Part shown: one piece after another, positions 41,184 to 51,389 of the stretch
Position numbering within the stretch: position 1 is the stretch's first letter
How the letters are laid out: the number at the start of each line of letters is the position of its first letter
Source: Nitrospiraceae bacterium
GTDB lineage: Bacteria > Nitrospirota > Thermodesulfovibrionia > UBA6902
Length of the DNA stretch: 64,000 bases
Assembly: GCA_003599505.1 (NCBI GenBank)
Contig: QZKO01000045.1
Location: forward strand, 2,535 to 66,534
Reading direction: 5' to 3'
Notes under the pieces: model-generated
Databases searched by the model: none
What the model was told of the DNA's origin: nothing
The model's input: only the letters and a program-made list of their open reading frames with translations
Translations under genes and position numbers: made by a program

Positions 41184-42083
41184 ATGGATTTAATCATAGC
41201 CCTCAATAAACCCAAAGACATCACCTCGCAGGACGCGGTCACAAAGGTAAAGAGGATACTTAAAGTAAAAAAAGCCGGGCATACAGGCACCCTCGACCCG
41301 ATGGCAACGGGCCTGCTCCTTGTTTGCATTAACAGGGCCACAAGGCTTGCGTCATATTTTTCGGCGCTCGATAAAGAATACAAAGCCGTCATGAAGCTCG
41401 GCGAGACAACCGACACGCAGGATGCATACGGTAAAGTTATCTCAAAGACCGACCGGTTTGAAATTGATAAAGGAGTACTGGAAGAGGCGATAAAATCATT
41501 TAAAGGCCGGATCCGTCAGATGCCTCCGATGTTTTCAGCGCTGAAACATGAGGGCAAGCCCCTGTACAAACTGGCCCGCAAAGGGATCGAGGTTGCCCGC
41601 GAACCTCGTGAAGTAATTATTCATGATATTGAGCTGCTGAATATCGACCTCCCGCTTGTCACTTTCAGGACCCGCTGTTCAAAAGGCACTTACATAAGAA
41701 CGCTGTGTGACGATATGGGGAAGAAACTCGGCGTTGGAGCGCATCTCTCCTGCCTTGAGCGGACCGCGATAGGTCCCTTCAGGATCGAAGAAAGCCTGGC
41801 CATTGAAGAATTGGGAAACATCGATATGCGCGGACCGGACGTAAAAGGCGCTTATACAATGGACCGGGCGCTTTCATGGATGCCGGAGCTTATTATTCAG
41901 GAGCCCGCAATAAAGGCGGTTTCACATGGGAATCCACTTACGGCAGATAACACATTAATACTTTCCGATGAATGCAGGAAAGCGGAAGGCCTCAGGATAA
42001 AATCTTCCGCTGGTGGGTTGCTCGCCGTCGGCAGGTTCGATGCGGGAAAGAACCTGATAAAAATGGATGTGGTTTTTGCATAG
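41184..42083 (+). CDS. truB: tRNA pseudouridine 55 synthase
   Basis: GHTGTLDPMATG, PPMFSALK, SKGTYIRTL. Confidence 0.97.
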   Translation: MDLIIALNKPKDITSQDAVTKVKRILKVKKAGHTGTLDPMATGLLLVCINRATRLASYFSALDKEYKAVMKLGETTDTQDAYGKVISKTDRFEIDKGVLEEAIKSFKGRIRQMPPMFSALKHEGKPLYKLARKGIEVAREPREVIIHDIELLNIDLPLVTFRTRCSKGTYIRTLCDDMGKKLGVGAHLSCLERTAIGPFRIEESLAIEELGNIDMRGPDVKGAYTMDRALSWMPELIIQEPAIKAVSHGNPLTADNTLILSDECRKAEGLRIKSSAGGLLAVGRFDAGKNLIKMDVVFA

Positions 42084-42195
42084 GGTAATTCAGGCCCGTA
42101 TTTGCTTTTTTGGATGCATTTACTTTAGGCTAAAAGTAAGCGCTCACTCAAAAAGATCAATTTTTTGAGGGGACCGAACAAGGAGGATAGCAGAA

Positions 42196-42519
42196 ATGAT
42201 AACAATTACCGATATCGCAGCCGAGAAGGCAAAGGAAATATTGTCCGGGGAAGGAAAGCCCGACTGGGGGCTGAAGTTTTATATGGCAGGCAGCAGTTGT
42301 TGCGGCCCCTCCTACGGGATAGACATCGTTGAACAGCCGGACGGTGGCGATAAGACTATAGAGAAAAACGGCCTCAAAATTTTCGTGGATGCCGATACAT
42401 ACGAAAAGATCGAGGGCATGAAATTCGATTATATACAGGAGGGTGAAAAGGAAGGTTTTGTGCTTTCCGGCGGTCAGGCGTCATCCTGCGGGCCCGGGTG
42501 CGGCTCCTCCTGCGGTTAA
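42196..42519 (+). CDS. HesB/IscA-family Fe-S assembly protein
   Basis: ITITD.AAE, SSCCGPSY, C-terminal SCG.GC. Confidence 0.82.
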   Translation: MITITDIAAEKAKEILSGEGKPDWGLKFYMAGSSCCGPSYGIDIVEQPDGGDKTIEKNGLKIFVDADTYEKIEGMKFDYIQEGEKEGFVLSGGQASSCGPGCGSSCG

Positions 42520-42528
42520 AAGTAAAAA

Positions 42529-42553
42529 GGGCGAGGCAGCGCCTCGCCCCTGC
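42529..42553. repeat. GTAG-type REP-like hairpin between convergent genes (possible terminator)
   Basis: gggcgaggc-agc-gcctcgccc-ctgc. Confidence 0.55.
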
Positions 42554-42561
42554 AACCTGCG

Positions 42562-44673
42562 CTACCTGAAAATCCCTTTTAATAACTCTTCGACGGGCTT
42601 TTTCTTTTCCGGCGAGTTGTCTTCCGGCGCTTTTTTATCGGCATCTCTCTTCAATAATTTATCGATAAACCTGTCGAGCTCTTTCTTTATGGCCCGTTTC
42701 CCCGCCCTGGCGACATCGACGGCATATGACGGCTTTGCGAATGTCCCCGAAACTTTGAGAGGGATTATGCCCCATCCTTCTTCGTCCCGGATATATTTTG
42801 CGATACCTGAACCGACAGTCTTATTTGAAAGACGGGGAGAAAGCTTCAAATCAAAGGCAAGGTCGAGAGTTTCATCAAGACCGATGTAGCCGGAAGGATT
42901 CATCGCTATATCATCGGAGACAAAGACACTGTCAAGCCGCGCAACCCCGTCTTTTATCTTTACCGTTCCGTTTGCCTGCTTCAGGTTTATTGTTCTTAAT
43001 TCATCGATGCCAAGGAGCAGCGCCAGGTTTTCAGTTATCTTCGCGTTTGTAATCTTCCCGTCTTTTACGCTGAAGTCCCCGTCGCCGGCGAGGTTCTTCC
43101 TGATGCTCTCCGGCAAGGTCCCCCTGCCGTTTAATCTGAGGTTGGCGGAAAGGACGCCGAAGACCGTGTCTTTTGCTTTCGGAAACAAGGAATTTATAAC
43201 CTCATCGGCGTGAAGGGAATCAAGGCTTCCCGCGAGGTTATAAACGTATCCCGGTTTCGAAAGGTCCACGGCGCTGTTTATATTCAGTTTGCCTTTCCCC
43301 GCAACCGCTGTTATTTTCGGAATCTCAAGTTTATTGTCTTTGAACTGATACTTTGCATAGAAATCATTCATTTTTATGCCCTTGTACACTGCTGATCCGA
43401 TCTTTATTTCACCTTCTGCCGCAAGTTTGAGATTGAGAGGCGCCGCCTCTCCCGGGACCTCGACTGAAGCCGCCCAGGCCTTTCCCGGAATTGAAGAGAC
43501 CTTGGCTGCCTCTACAGACACAAGCTCATCCAGAAGCAATTGCTTTGAATAAAGATTGAGCTTTATGTAGGGGTTTTTAAAATAATCAGCGACAGCGCCT
43601 TTTATATCAACTGTATTTTTGCCTGTTGTGCCCTTAATATCGATATCAATTGACCTCTCGCTGAATTTCAGCTTCCCGTCCAGAACGGTGTTTATGTTCT
43701 TGAACTTAATGCCGGCCTTTTCAAGGGAAACAAGACCTTCAGCTTTTAATGTATCCATCTTGCCGGACAGCCCTTTTAATTTTACATCCGCGGAAATGTT
43801 ACCGGACAAAGATAATCCTTTTATATCTGTAAATGATGAAAGCTCTTTCCACAAGTCCGACGCCCTGAGCTTCGTCAGGGAGATTGCAAGGTCTAATTCA
43901 GGCCCTTGTCTGAACCTCCTGATATCGCCGGTTATCGACGCCGGCATACCCTGAAGTTTCAGGTCCGCCTTATCGATGCGTAAATGGTCCGACCCGAGGT
44001 CTATATTAACCGCGTATGCAAGCGCTGCCCGGATGTTATTGATCCGCCTTTTCTGTAAAATAATTTCATCGAACGTCAGGTCCAGGCCCCCCTCTGAAAA
44101 CAGTTTTGAGCCGTCCGCGCTTTTGACCTTTGCATTGATGGAAAAAGCGCCCTTGATGCCAGGAAGTTTATTTAAACCATCAAGCAGGGTAAACCCCGCG
44201 TCCTTTACCGTTATATTATTTATGAGCAGGGAAACAGGGAGCCCTTTAGCTTCGGGGGTCTCTTTTCCCGCCGGTGCGGTTTCCGCCTTTTCCTTTTTTC
44301 CGAGGCCTTCAAAATTGAACTTCCCTTTATCGTCGCGCCTGATCAGGACTTCAGGAGAGAGAAGTTTCAGCTCGTCAATAATTATTTTCCCGGTAAGAAG
44401 GGGCAGCAATTGAAACCTGAGGACAAAATCCCTGCATTTGACAAAATCAGCCTTCCCGTCCGTCTCCTTTATCGCGAAATCTGTAACGGCTATTCCCTTA
44501 AAAAGGCTGATGTTCACCTCACCTATGCTTACTTTCCTGTTTAACGTCTGCTCGGCATAGGGGACAAGAAATTCCCTGACGCGCTCCGGGGTAACATAGG
44601 TCTTGATTAAAATGATAAGGCCGATGATGATGAGCGCGAAGACTGAGGCGATTATGGTAATAATTCTTTTCAT
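42562..44673 (-). CDS. AsmA-family protein
   Basis: N-terminal TM anchor, LLPLLTG, GKFNF, C-terminal IPLKVSGTFAKP. Confidence 0.85.
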   Translation of the reverse strand: MKRIITIIASVFALIIIGLIILIKTYVTPERVREFLVPYAEQTLNRKVSIGEVNISLFKGIAVTDFAIKETDGKADFVKCRDFVLRFQLLPLLTGKIIIDELKLLSPEVLIRRDDKGKFNFEGLGKKEKAETAPAGKETPEAKGLPVSLLINNITVKDAGFTLLDGLNKLPGIKGAFSINAKVKSADGSKLFSEGGLDLTFDEIILQKRRINNIRAALAYAVNIDLGSDHLRIDKADLKLQGMPASITGDIRRFRQGPELDLAISLTKLRASDLWKELSSFTDIKGLSLSGNISADVKLKGLSGKMDTLKAEGLVSLEKAGIKFKNINTVLDGKLKFSERSIDIDIKGTTGKNTVDIKGAVADYFKNPYIKLNLYSKQLLLDELVSVEAAKVSSIPGKAWAASVEVPGEAAPLNLKLAAEGEIKIGSAVYKGIKMNDFYAKYQFKDNKLEIPKITAVAGKGKLNINSAVDLSKPGYVYNLAGSLDSLHADEVINSLFPKAKDTVFGVLSANLRLNGRGTLPESIRKNLAGDGDFSVKDGKITNAKITENLALLLGIDELRTINLKQANGTVKIKDGVARLDSVFVSDDIAMNPSGYIGLDETLDLAFDLKLSPRLSNKTVGSGIAKYIRDEEGWGIIPLKVSGTFAKPSYAVDVARAGKRAIKKELDRFIDKLLKRDADKKAPEDNSPEKKKPVEELLKGIFR

Positions 44674-44677
44674 TTCA

Positions 44678-46069
44678 TTATGATAACGCTGCCTTTACAC
44701 GTTCCACTAAAACTTTTACTTCCTTATCCTGCACGGTCCTTGCGTCAATGAGCAGGGCGTTGTCTTTGATCCTCGCGATTACAGGGGGATCGCCGAGCCT
44801 TAATTTTTTTTCCAGCTCGTTGACTGATATAGTAAAAGGCTTGAGAGACACCGCGAAGGTCGGAAAATTAACTTCCGGAAGAGAGCCTCCTCCAGCCTGT
44901 GACTCATCGGCAACGACCGCAAGCGCTGAACGGGCGGAAATGTCTTTTATTAAAAGCGAAAAAATTCTCTTTGCCCTGCGCTTTATTTCAGATAACGGCT
45001 GCGTCAGCATCCTGAGTGTGGGGATTTCTTTGATCGCCTTTTCTTCATCGAGGTACTGCATGAATGTCGCCTCAAGCGAAGCGAGGGTCATCTTGTCTAT
45101 CCTCATGGCCCTGAGCATCGGGTTTTTCTGGATCTTCCGTATCAGCTTTCCCCTGCCGATGATTATCCCGGCCTGAGGACCGCCGAGGAGTTTGTCGCCG
45201 CTGAAAGTCACAATATCCGCGCCCGTCCTGACGACTTCCTGCACTGTCGGCTCGCCGTGCACACCGTATTTTGAAAGGTTGATCATGCACCCGCTGCCGA
45301 GGTCGGCAACGACCGGCAATCTGAATTCCTTTCCGAGTTTCACCAGCTTTTCGAGCGGGACTTCTTCCGTAAAGCCGGTTATCCTGTAATTGCTCTGGTG
45401 GACCTTCAGCAAAAGCGCCGTGTCACCGCACAGGGCGTTTTCGTAATCAGCAGGGTGGGTCTTGTTCGTGGTCCCGACCTCTCTCAATATGGCCCCGCTC
45501 GCCTTCATGACTTCAGGTATCCTGAAAGAGCCCCCTATCTCGACAAGCTCTCCCCTTGATACAATTACTTCCCGGCCTTTCGCAAACGTATCAAGACAGA
45601 GAAGCACGGCCGCCGCGTTATTGTTCACGACAACCGCGTCCTCAGCGCCGGTCAACTCCCTGATAATGTCCTGTATATGCGAATACCTCTTTCCTCTCTT
45701 GCCTGTAGGGATTTCATATTCGAGGTTGGAAAAACTCCGGGCGGTGGCTGATACATGAGCAAGCGCCCTTTCCGAAAGGAGCGACCTGCCGAGATTTGTG
45801 TGCATGACAATCCCGGTGGCGTTTATCAGGGGCCTGAGTTTGTACGCTGAAAGCTTTTTAACAACAGTTTCAATATCCCGTGAAACGGCTTCAATCGATA
45901 CGTCGGTGCTTGCGCCGTTTAATATTTCCTTTCGTTTCGAATCAATGACCTCTCTGACGGCGCGCAGCACTGTTTTTCTTGGAAATGATGCAAGCCACTT
46001 CTGCCCGTATGAGCTCTTTAAACATTCATCAACAGACGGCAATTGCGAAAGCTGCTCCCGGATGGTCAT
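44678..46069 (-). CDS. selA: L-seryl-tRNA(Sec) selenium transferase; start likely ATG 46069
   Basis: INATGIVMHTNLGR, VNNNAAA, SRGELVEIGGSFR, FSGDKLLGGPQAG. Confidence 0.97.
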   Translation of the reverse strand: MTIREQLSQLPSVDECLKSSYGQKWLASFPRKTVLRAVREVIDSKRKEILNGASTDVSIEAVSRDIETVVKKLSAYKLRPLINATGIVMHTNLGRSLLSERALAHVSATARSFSNLEYEIPTGKRGKRYSHIQDIIRELTGAEDAVVVNNNAAAVLLCLDTFAKGREVIVSRGELVEIGGSFRIPEVMKASGAILREVGTTNKTHPADYENALCGDTALLLKVHQSNYRITGFTEEVPLEKLVKLGKEFRLPVVADLGSGCMINLSKYGVHGEPTVQEVVRTGADIVTFSGDKLLGGPQAGIIIGRGKLIRKIQKNPMLRAMRIDKMTLASLEATFMQYLDEEKAIKEIPTLRMLTQPLSEIKRRAKRIFSLLIKDISARSALAVVADESQAGGGSLPEVNFPTFAVSLKPFTISVNELEKKLRLGDPPVIARIKDNALLIDARTVQDKEVKVLVERVKAALS

Positions 46070-46148
46070 GTGTCTTTTGTAGCACAAGGGGGGGGTTGTG
46101 GTCAAGATTTTAAATTCCTGCTTGTTCTACTGCCACAGATAGGGCAAA

Positions 46149-46784
46149 TCACCTTTTTAATGGTGGCCAGAGATTTTCCCTAAGAAGCCTCTTGTCTATA
46201 ACCTGCTCCGATACTTCGAAATACCGGGCGATTGCATGAGCAATATATTCCCTCGCGGATTCTCCGGATGAATCCCATGTATTAAAGCCTGAACTTTCCA
46301 ATAGTAAGACAGCTTCATTTAGTTTCTCAACGAGTTTTTCTCTTGGCACAAGCAGCCGTCCTGCAAATTCATAGGCATGTTGTTCGATCCATGTGTATTG
46401 ATCATCAGGGATTTTATCAAAGAAATCTATCCATTCTTCAAGTGAAGCATATTGGATTTTTGAGAAGACATCGGAATGAAGAACGTAATGCCCAATCTCA
46501 TGTGCAATTGAAAATCTAAGCCTGTTCTGTGCCCGGTCATTCAGAAAGTCGTTCTGGTCTACCACTATAGTTCTTAAATCGCCGAGCAGGAGAGCATCAA
46601 CGTCTCCGGCTTCACGCAAATTGAAGATGGTGCGTATTTCTATGTCCAGTCCGAATTCCAGAATTTCGAATATGTCTATCGGGATGGTGTTTTGGGGCCA
46701 GTATCGAATGCGGAGATCATCCGCCGCTTTTCTTATATCTTCAATTTTTATGAATGGCGCTTTGAAGCTCTTGGGGTCTAACAC
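46149..46784 (-). CDS. ImmA/IrrE-family metallopeptidase
   Basis: RFSIAHEIGH (HExxH), EQHAYEFAGRLLVP. Confidence 0.9.
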   Translation of the reverse strand: MLDPKSFKAPFIKIEDIRKAADDLRIRYWPQNTIPIDIFEILEFGLDIEIRTIFNLREAGDVDALLLGDLRTIVVDQNDFLNDRAQNRLRFSIAHEIGHYVLHSDVFSKIQYASLEEWIDFFDKIPDDQYTWIEQHAYEFAGRLLVPREKLVEKLNEAVLLLESSGFNTWDSSGESAREYIAHAIARYFEVSEQVIDKRLLRENLWPPLKR

Positions 46785-46790
46785 GGGATA

Positions 46791-47168
46791 TCAGCTTTTT
46801 TTAATTTTCGCTGCCAGTTTTCTCATTTCTTCTTCTGTCGGTTTTTGTCCGCGCAACGTCCTGAAAAAGGCAGGAAGCATCCTTACGACTTCAGGGTCGG
46901 ACATAATGTCTTTGGGAATAATTCCCCGGTTGGCGGCGGCAAGGTCAAAAAAAGCATACCAGTCACTGCTGCCCTTTGTGATACCCAAGGCTTCTGCATA
47001 GCGTTCCAGTATGTCGGGATCCTGAGGCGGAGGCATAGCGCCCCGTTCGATCCGGCTGACATTTGCCGGGTCAGCGGATGCCTTGAGACAAAATTCTCTG
47101 AGAGTTATCCTCTTATTTTTTCGAAGGCTCTTTAGAAAGGCTCCAAAAGACTTATATTCGCCACTCAT
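46791..47168 (-). CDS. XRE-family HTH regulator
   Basis: FGAFLKSLR..ITLREFC..ANVSRIERG. Confidence 0.88.
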   Translation of the reverse strand: MSGEYKSFGAFLKSLRKNKRITLREFCLKASADPANVSRIERGAMPPPQDPDILERYAEALGITKGSSDWYAFFDLAAANRGIIPKDIMSDPEVVRMLPAFFRTLRGQKPTEEEMRKLAAKIKKS

Positions 47169-47186
47169 AGTTCCCCTTCCATCGAC

Positions 47187-47232
47187 TTGTATTTGTTGTA
47201 CAATTATTACAAATTTATCAGGTTAAAGTCAA
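47187..47232 (-). promoter_or_regulatory. Promoter and palindromic operator of the XRE-ImmA operon
   Basis: TTGACT -17- TAATAA, overlapped by the imperfect palindrome ttgtatttgTTGTACAAttattacaa. Confidence 0.5.
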
Positions 47233-47271
47233 CAATTAGTGAGTATAACACCATAGAATTTTTCCAGACGA

Positions 47272-50200
47272 TTACATCTTATTATATTTTTTATACAAAT
47301 CTCTCAAAAATTCATAACCCTTCATCCCGTAAATATTACATAGGTTATCAGCATCTTCTTTATGTCCATTAATGTAGAGTTTTTCAACTATTGAGCGGAT
47401 GTGCTCTTGTCTGAAATCAGTGATAAAATGTTCAAGCATTTTCAGCAATATCTTCCCGATATAGGCAATGCTTGCAGGATCGTCGAATTTATCGAGGTAT
47501 TCAATGATGAAGGACGAATGATAATCTTCGTTTGCGAAAGGGGCTGCCAGCATCAGCCACTGTGAATATTCCTCATGAATATATGGAAGGTAAATTGCCA
47601 ATTTTCCAAGGGCGGACAATATTTTCTTGTCATCAGAGCTTATATCTTCCTTAGGTTTTGTCTTATATTTATTATCATAGATCCACTTCCAGCAATAGAT
47701 AATTTTATCGACGATTTTCCGGCTCTCTTCTTTTCCATCCTCAATCTGTTTCTGGTTTGACCAGAAAAAGCTGACAACATTCAATATTTGTTCTCGATTC
47801 CAAGCATCTAAAACATTCCTGAATAAACTTTCAGGGTTGCTTATATCCTCATTCCCAAGCAAATATCCCAGGGCTATGTGCTGCACCAAATGTTCAATAT
47901 CATGTTTATTCTTAAATTCATATGTTATCCCAAGTTTATAGTGAGGGATCATAAGGTTGTAGAGATCATCGTAAACTTTGCCGATCGACAAGTAACCATC
48001 CATGAAAGCTACCCAGTACTTATCAACTGTAACCGGGTACAAACCTTTGATTCTTTCTTCGGCCCATGCTTTGTCCAAATAGAACAAATTAGGCAGATAT
48101 CGACCAAGGAAAGTGTAACTCTCAATAATCTTCTTTTCTAAAAGCTCATCATATTTCCCCTTAATCTTCGAACTCCATTTTATTTCCGCTTCAACACCAG
48201 CTCTATCATTGGTACGAGCAATCCTCAAAGCGAGATTTATGAATGCGGACAATGTCTTCCCATGCGAAGAATTTAAAGCATGAGTTACATAATCCGACTT
48301 TTCCTCTTCTTCCTCTGCTTTCAGATTATCAAAGATAAGAAACAGGATTTGTTCTGCTTTCTTTAAATACTTCTCATCAAACGCCCATGAATCATCTCTC
48401 GTTCCTTCTCGTATAAAGTCTGTGATTACACCAATTATCCAGAAATGATTGGCTCCGCCGAGAAAATCCTCTTTTTCAACTATGAATTCATCTTTCCAAA
48501 ATTCATTCCTATCAATATATAGGTGCAGAAATTCAAATAATTTACCCCAGGCAATATCCAGCTTTTTACTCCATGCTTCCTTTGCGCCATCAAGAATTTC
48601 ATAAATATATATAAATCCGGTGTTGATGAATGGAGATAAGTTGTCGATAAATTTATTTGGCTGCTCAGCAGCACATTCTTTTATTAATTTTGCCAATCCC
48701 CCTACGGTAGGGCCTTCTTCCCAAAGACCCGTTGATGATTTAAACTCCTTGAGGTAAGAAGGAAGTTTGTTTGTGGTCAACATATGCAAAATATCTTCTT
48801 TTGTTAAAGGCGAAGTCCCCCAACCAGATCGAATTTTAATCTCTCCCATGGCCGCGTGTAAGCCCACATCCCAGCCAGTTTGAGACTTAAAAGATTCATA
48901 TAATTTTTTAAATTCCGGAAATCTTACAAGTGCCTGACATCTTTGCTGTTTCCACTCTGCAATGTGTCTTTCTGCATCTTTCGCAGGAACAAATCCGGGG
49001 CCATCATTCAGTTTCCTGAATATTAATTCTTTTTGATTAGATGATAGTTCTAATAAATTCTCTAAAACATGTTTCAACTCGTCTCCGAAATCTATTTCTC
49101 CGAAAACAAGATTATCTGAATCCTTTTCTAATGCATCCCAGAATACTTCACTATATTTGTTGACATTATTTCCAATGATATATAGGGCCATCTTCGGAAA
49201 ATAAAAATATTTATCCCTAAAAAAGTCTTGCAATATTTTTTTTGTTTCAGCGGCATGTTTCCATGCCCTTGCCATTAGAATACTTTTCAAGACAAATGTA
49301 AGTACCTCAAGCGGGTCTGTAAGGTGGTTTCTTGATTCATCATAAAAACTTGCATGTGTTTCCTCATCATGAAAGTTGCGATATAGCCTATAAATATTTC
49401 TTTTTAATTCTTTTATATCTATACTCTTAAGCAGCACATCTTTTGTTAACTCATCAAATACGTTAGATGAGAAGTTGTCTAATGTAGTCTCATCCATTGT
49501 TATTTTCTTAAGTGGTGTTCCTCCCAGTTTCTTCTTCCTGAACACATATTCATAAACATCAGACTCAGTCTTATAACCCATATCAAAAAGCTTTACTGAA
49601 TATTTAGCGTCAATAGATGTAAGCGCTAACAGATATGCTTTATCCCCTGCCTCAAAAGGAATTAATGATTCATCTTTTTTCAGTAAAGTGTGTATCTTGT
49701 CACATAAAGGATATATAGCGCCATTTGTACACTTTTCTCCAATATCTCCAGAGAGTTTTTCAAATATAGTCTTTACCCAATATGAATCTATAACAAGTTT
49801 ATATTCCTCTTCTTTGTTATAGATTCGGGCTCTCTCTTCGGACAACTTAACAGACTTTATGTTAGTTATATAATCAACAATCCGTTCAGCTTTAGTAATA
49901 TCCTTATGGGAAGGATTTCCAGACAGGAATTTAGGCAATAATTTGAGGCCAATTTCTGATCCCACAAACGATGCATCAAACCTGGAACTAAGCCAAACAG
50001 GAATTAACTCAATAATATAAATCGGTATTTCTTCTCTCGGAATATTAAGCAAGATTGATACAAAACTTCGCCATGTATAGTAGTTATCTATATGTTGACT
50101 ATCTGAGTTTTTATAATTTGAAACAGCGTTAATGATTTGGAGTAACTCATCTATATACTTTTTATTACCTTGTTTATTGACTTGCTCGGACACCTTTTCT

Positions 50201-50457
50201 AAATAAGTGAGAACATTCCACCAGGGGATTGAATAAAACCCTTCTTGATCAGAGGGCTTAGGACCAGGTGCATTTTCAGCGGAAAAATAATTTTCTTTTT
50301 TGAGAATATGAAACCATTCAATATTGGTAACATTCTTAAAAAAATAATTATTATATGAATCTTCTTTTATAAGATCCACGACTTGCTGACTTAAATTGCC
50401 AGTGCCAATAGCATCATCAATGATTTTAACTTGCTTATAATATTCAGACTTAGTCAT
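47272..50457 (-). CDS. 1061-aa uncharacterised protein, probably largely alpha-helical
   Basis: Long AT-rich ORF with no Walker or nuclease motif recognised; start overlaps the SIR2 stop by 8 nt. Confidence 0.8.
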   Translation of the reverse strand: MTKSEYYKQVKIIDDAIGTGNLSQQVVDLIKEDSYNNYFFKNVTNIEWFHILKKENYFSAENAPGPKPSDQEGFYSIPWWNVLTYLEKVSEQVNKQGNKKYIDELLQIINAVSNYKNSDSQHIDNYYTWRSFVSILLNIPREEIPIYIIELIPVWLSSRFDASFVGSEIGLKLLPKFLSGNPSHKDITKAERIVDYITNIKSVKLSEERARIYNKEEEYKLVIDSYWVKTIFEKLSGDIGEKCTNGAIYPLCDKIHTLLKKDESLIPFEAGDKAYLLALTSIDAKYSVKLFDMGYKTESDVYEYVFRKKKLGGTPLKKITMDETTLDNFSSNVFDELTKDVLLKSIDIKELKRNIYRLYRNFHDEETHASFYDESRNHLTDPLEVLTFVLKSILMARAWKHAAETKKILQDFFRDKYFYFPKMALYIIGNNVNKYSEVFWDALEKDSDNLVFGEIDFGDELKHVLENLLELSSNQKELIFRKLNDGPGFVPAKDAERHIAEWKQQRCQALVRFPEFKKLYESFKSQTGWDVGLHAAMGEIKIRSGWGTSPLTKEDILHMLTTNKLPSYLKEFKSSTGLWEEGPTVGGLAKLIKECAAEQPNKFIDNLSPFINTGFIYIYEILDGAKEAWSKKLDIAWGKLFEFLHLYIDRNEFWKDEFIVEKEDFLGGANHFWIIGVITDFIREGTRDDSWAFDEKYLKKAEQILFLIFDNLKAEEEEEKSDYVTHALNSSHGKTLSAFINLALRIARTNDRAGVEAEIKWSSKIKGKYDELLEKKIIESYTFLGRYLPNLFYLDKAWAEERIKGLYPVTVDKYWVAFMDGYLSIGKVYDDLYNLMIPHYKLGITYEFKNKHDIEHLVQHIALGYLLGNEDISNPESLFRNVLDAWNREQILNVVSFFWSNQKQIEDGKEESRKIVDKIIYCWKWIYDNKYKTKPKEDISSDDKKILSALGKLAIYLPYIHEEYSQWLMLAAPFANEDYHSSFIIEYLDKFDDPASIAYIGKILLKMLEHFITDFRQEHIRSIVEKLYINGHKEDADNLCNIYGMKGYEFLRDLYKKYNKM

Positions 50458-51316
50458 TTGTTGTCCTCATGTCATCTTCTACTCCGAGCTTTACGGTTTT
50501 AAAATATTTTGTTATCCAATCTTCTAATACGATAGGGAATGTATTACGCTTACCATATATTATTGATTCAATTCCGTTTAGTTCTTTGAATACTGTCAAG
50601 GTTGATGAATTAAACAGATTAGACATATCTTCTTCCGGCAATAATAAAAAATGATATTTATTATTATCATTTGTCTCTTGCATTATATCCAATATCTCCC
50701 GATCCCTTAAACCGTAACCAATAAATATGACACAATATTTTTTAAACAAGCTTTTTAAAAATCTCCGAAATGATGCTTCACGATATCTGGGTATATATTG
50801 TTCTCTCGTCAGCAAACTCTTTTCAAGATCATATTCGGATCCATGTATATGAAAAATACCTGAACTATTTAAGTTTGTCTCAATAAAATGTTCTGTTTTG
50901 TAGTATATTTCACTTAAATTAAATTCCTTTGTATTTTCTAAGCAGTTATCTATATTAGTGGTAATTATTTGAGGAAAGGGAGTAATCAGTTTCAATAGTT
51001 TTATAACAGGAAAATATTTTTCTGGATATAATTTTACATCGGGAACTAAAGCTTCTCGGACTATCCCCCAATATGTGTTTTCATTACCATTTCTTTTAAA
51101 TATATTGAAGCAATAATTTAGAATTTTTTCATTTTCCATGTCACCAATTAGTTCTTCTTTCTTAATTCCGCTTTCTTGTATTTCAATGTGATCAAGCATT
51201 TTTTTTGCAACAGAGTCCCAATCATAACAACCGGCTATCTTAGAAAGACCTGCACCTATAAATAGCGCACATTTATTATGTTTAATATATGGTAATACAG
51301 CATTCAATCTTTCCAT
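50450..51316 (-). CDS. Stand-alone SIR2-like (SIR2_2) NADase-domain protein
   Basis: ALFIGAGLS, IITTNID, FHIHGS, VIFIGYGLRD. Confidence 0.88.
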   Translation of the reverse strand: MERLNAVLPYIKHNKCALFIGAGLSKIAGCYDWDSVAKKMLDHIEIQESGIKKEELIGDMENEKILNYCFNIFKRNGNENTYWGIVREALVPDVKLYPEKYFPVIKLLKLITPFPQIITTNIDNCLENTKEFNLSEIYYKTEHFIETNLNSSGIFHIHGSEYDLEKSLLTREQYIPRYREASFRRFLKSLFKKYCVIFIGYGLRDREILDIMQETNDNNKYHFLLLPEEDMSNLFNSSTLTVFKELNGIESIIYGKRNTFPIVLEDWITKYFKTVKLGVEDDMRTTND

Positions 51317-51389
51317 TTTATTCTATTATCTCATCGCCTTCTGCAAAACCACTTACATAAGCATTTTGCTATCTTTTCGGGACGGACAT

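Noticed and set aside
42196..42519. HesB-like selenoprotein
   Set aside because: No in-frame TGA; Cys codons are used
46088..46095. G8 tract in the selA promoter spacer as a phase-variation switch
   Set aside because: Short tract with no evidence of length variation from one sequence
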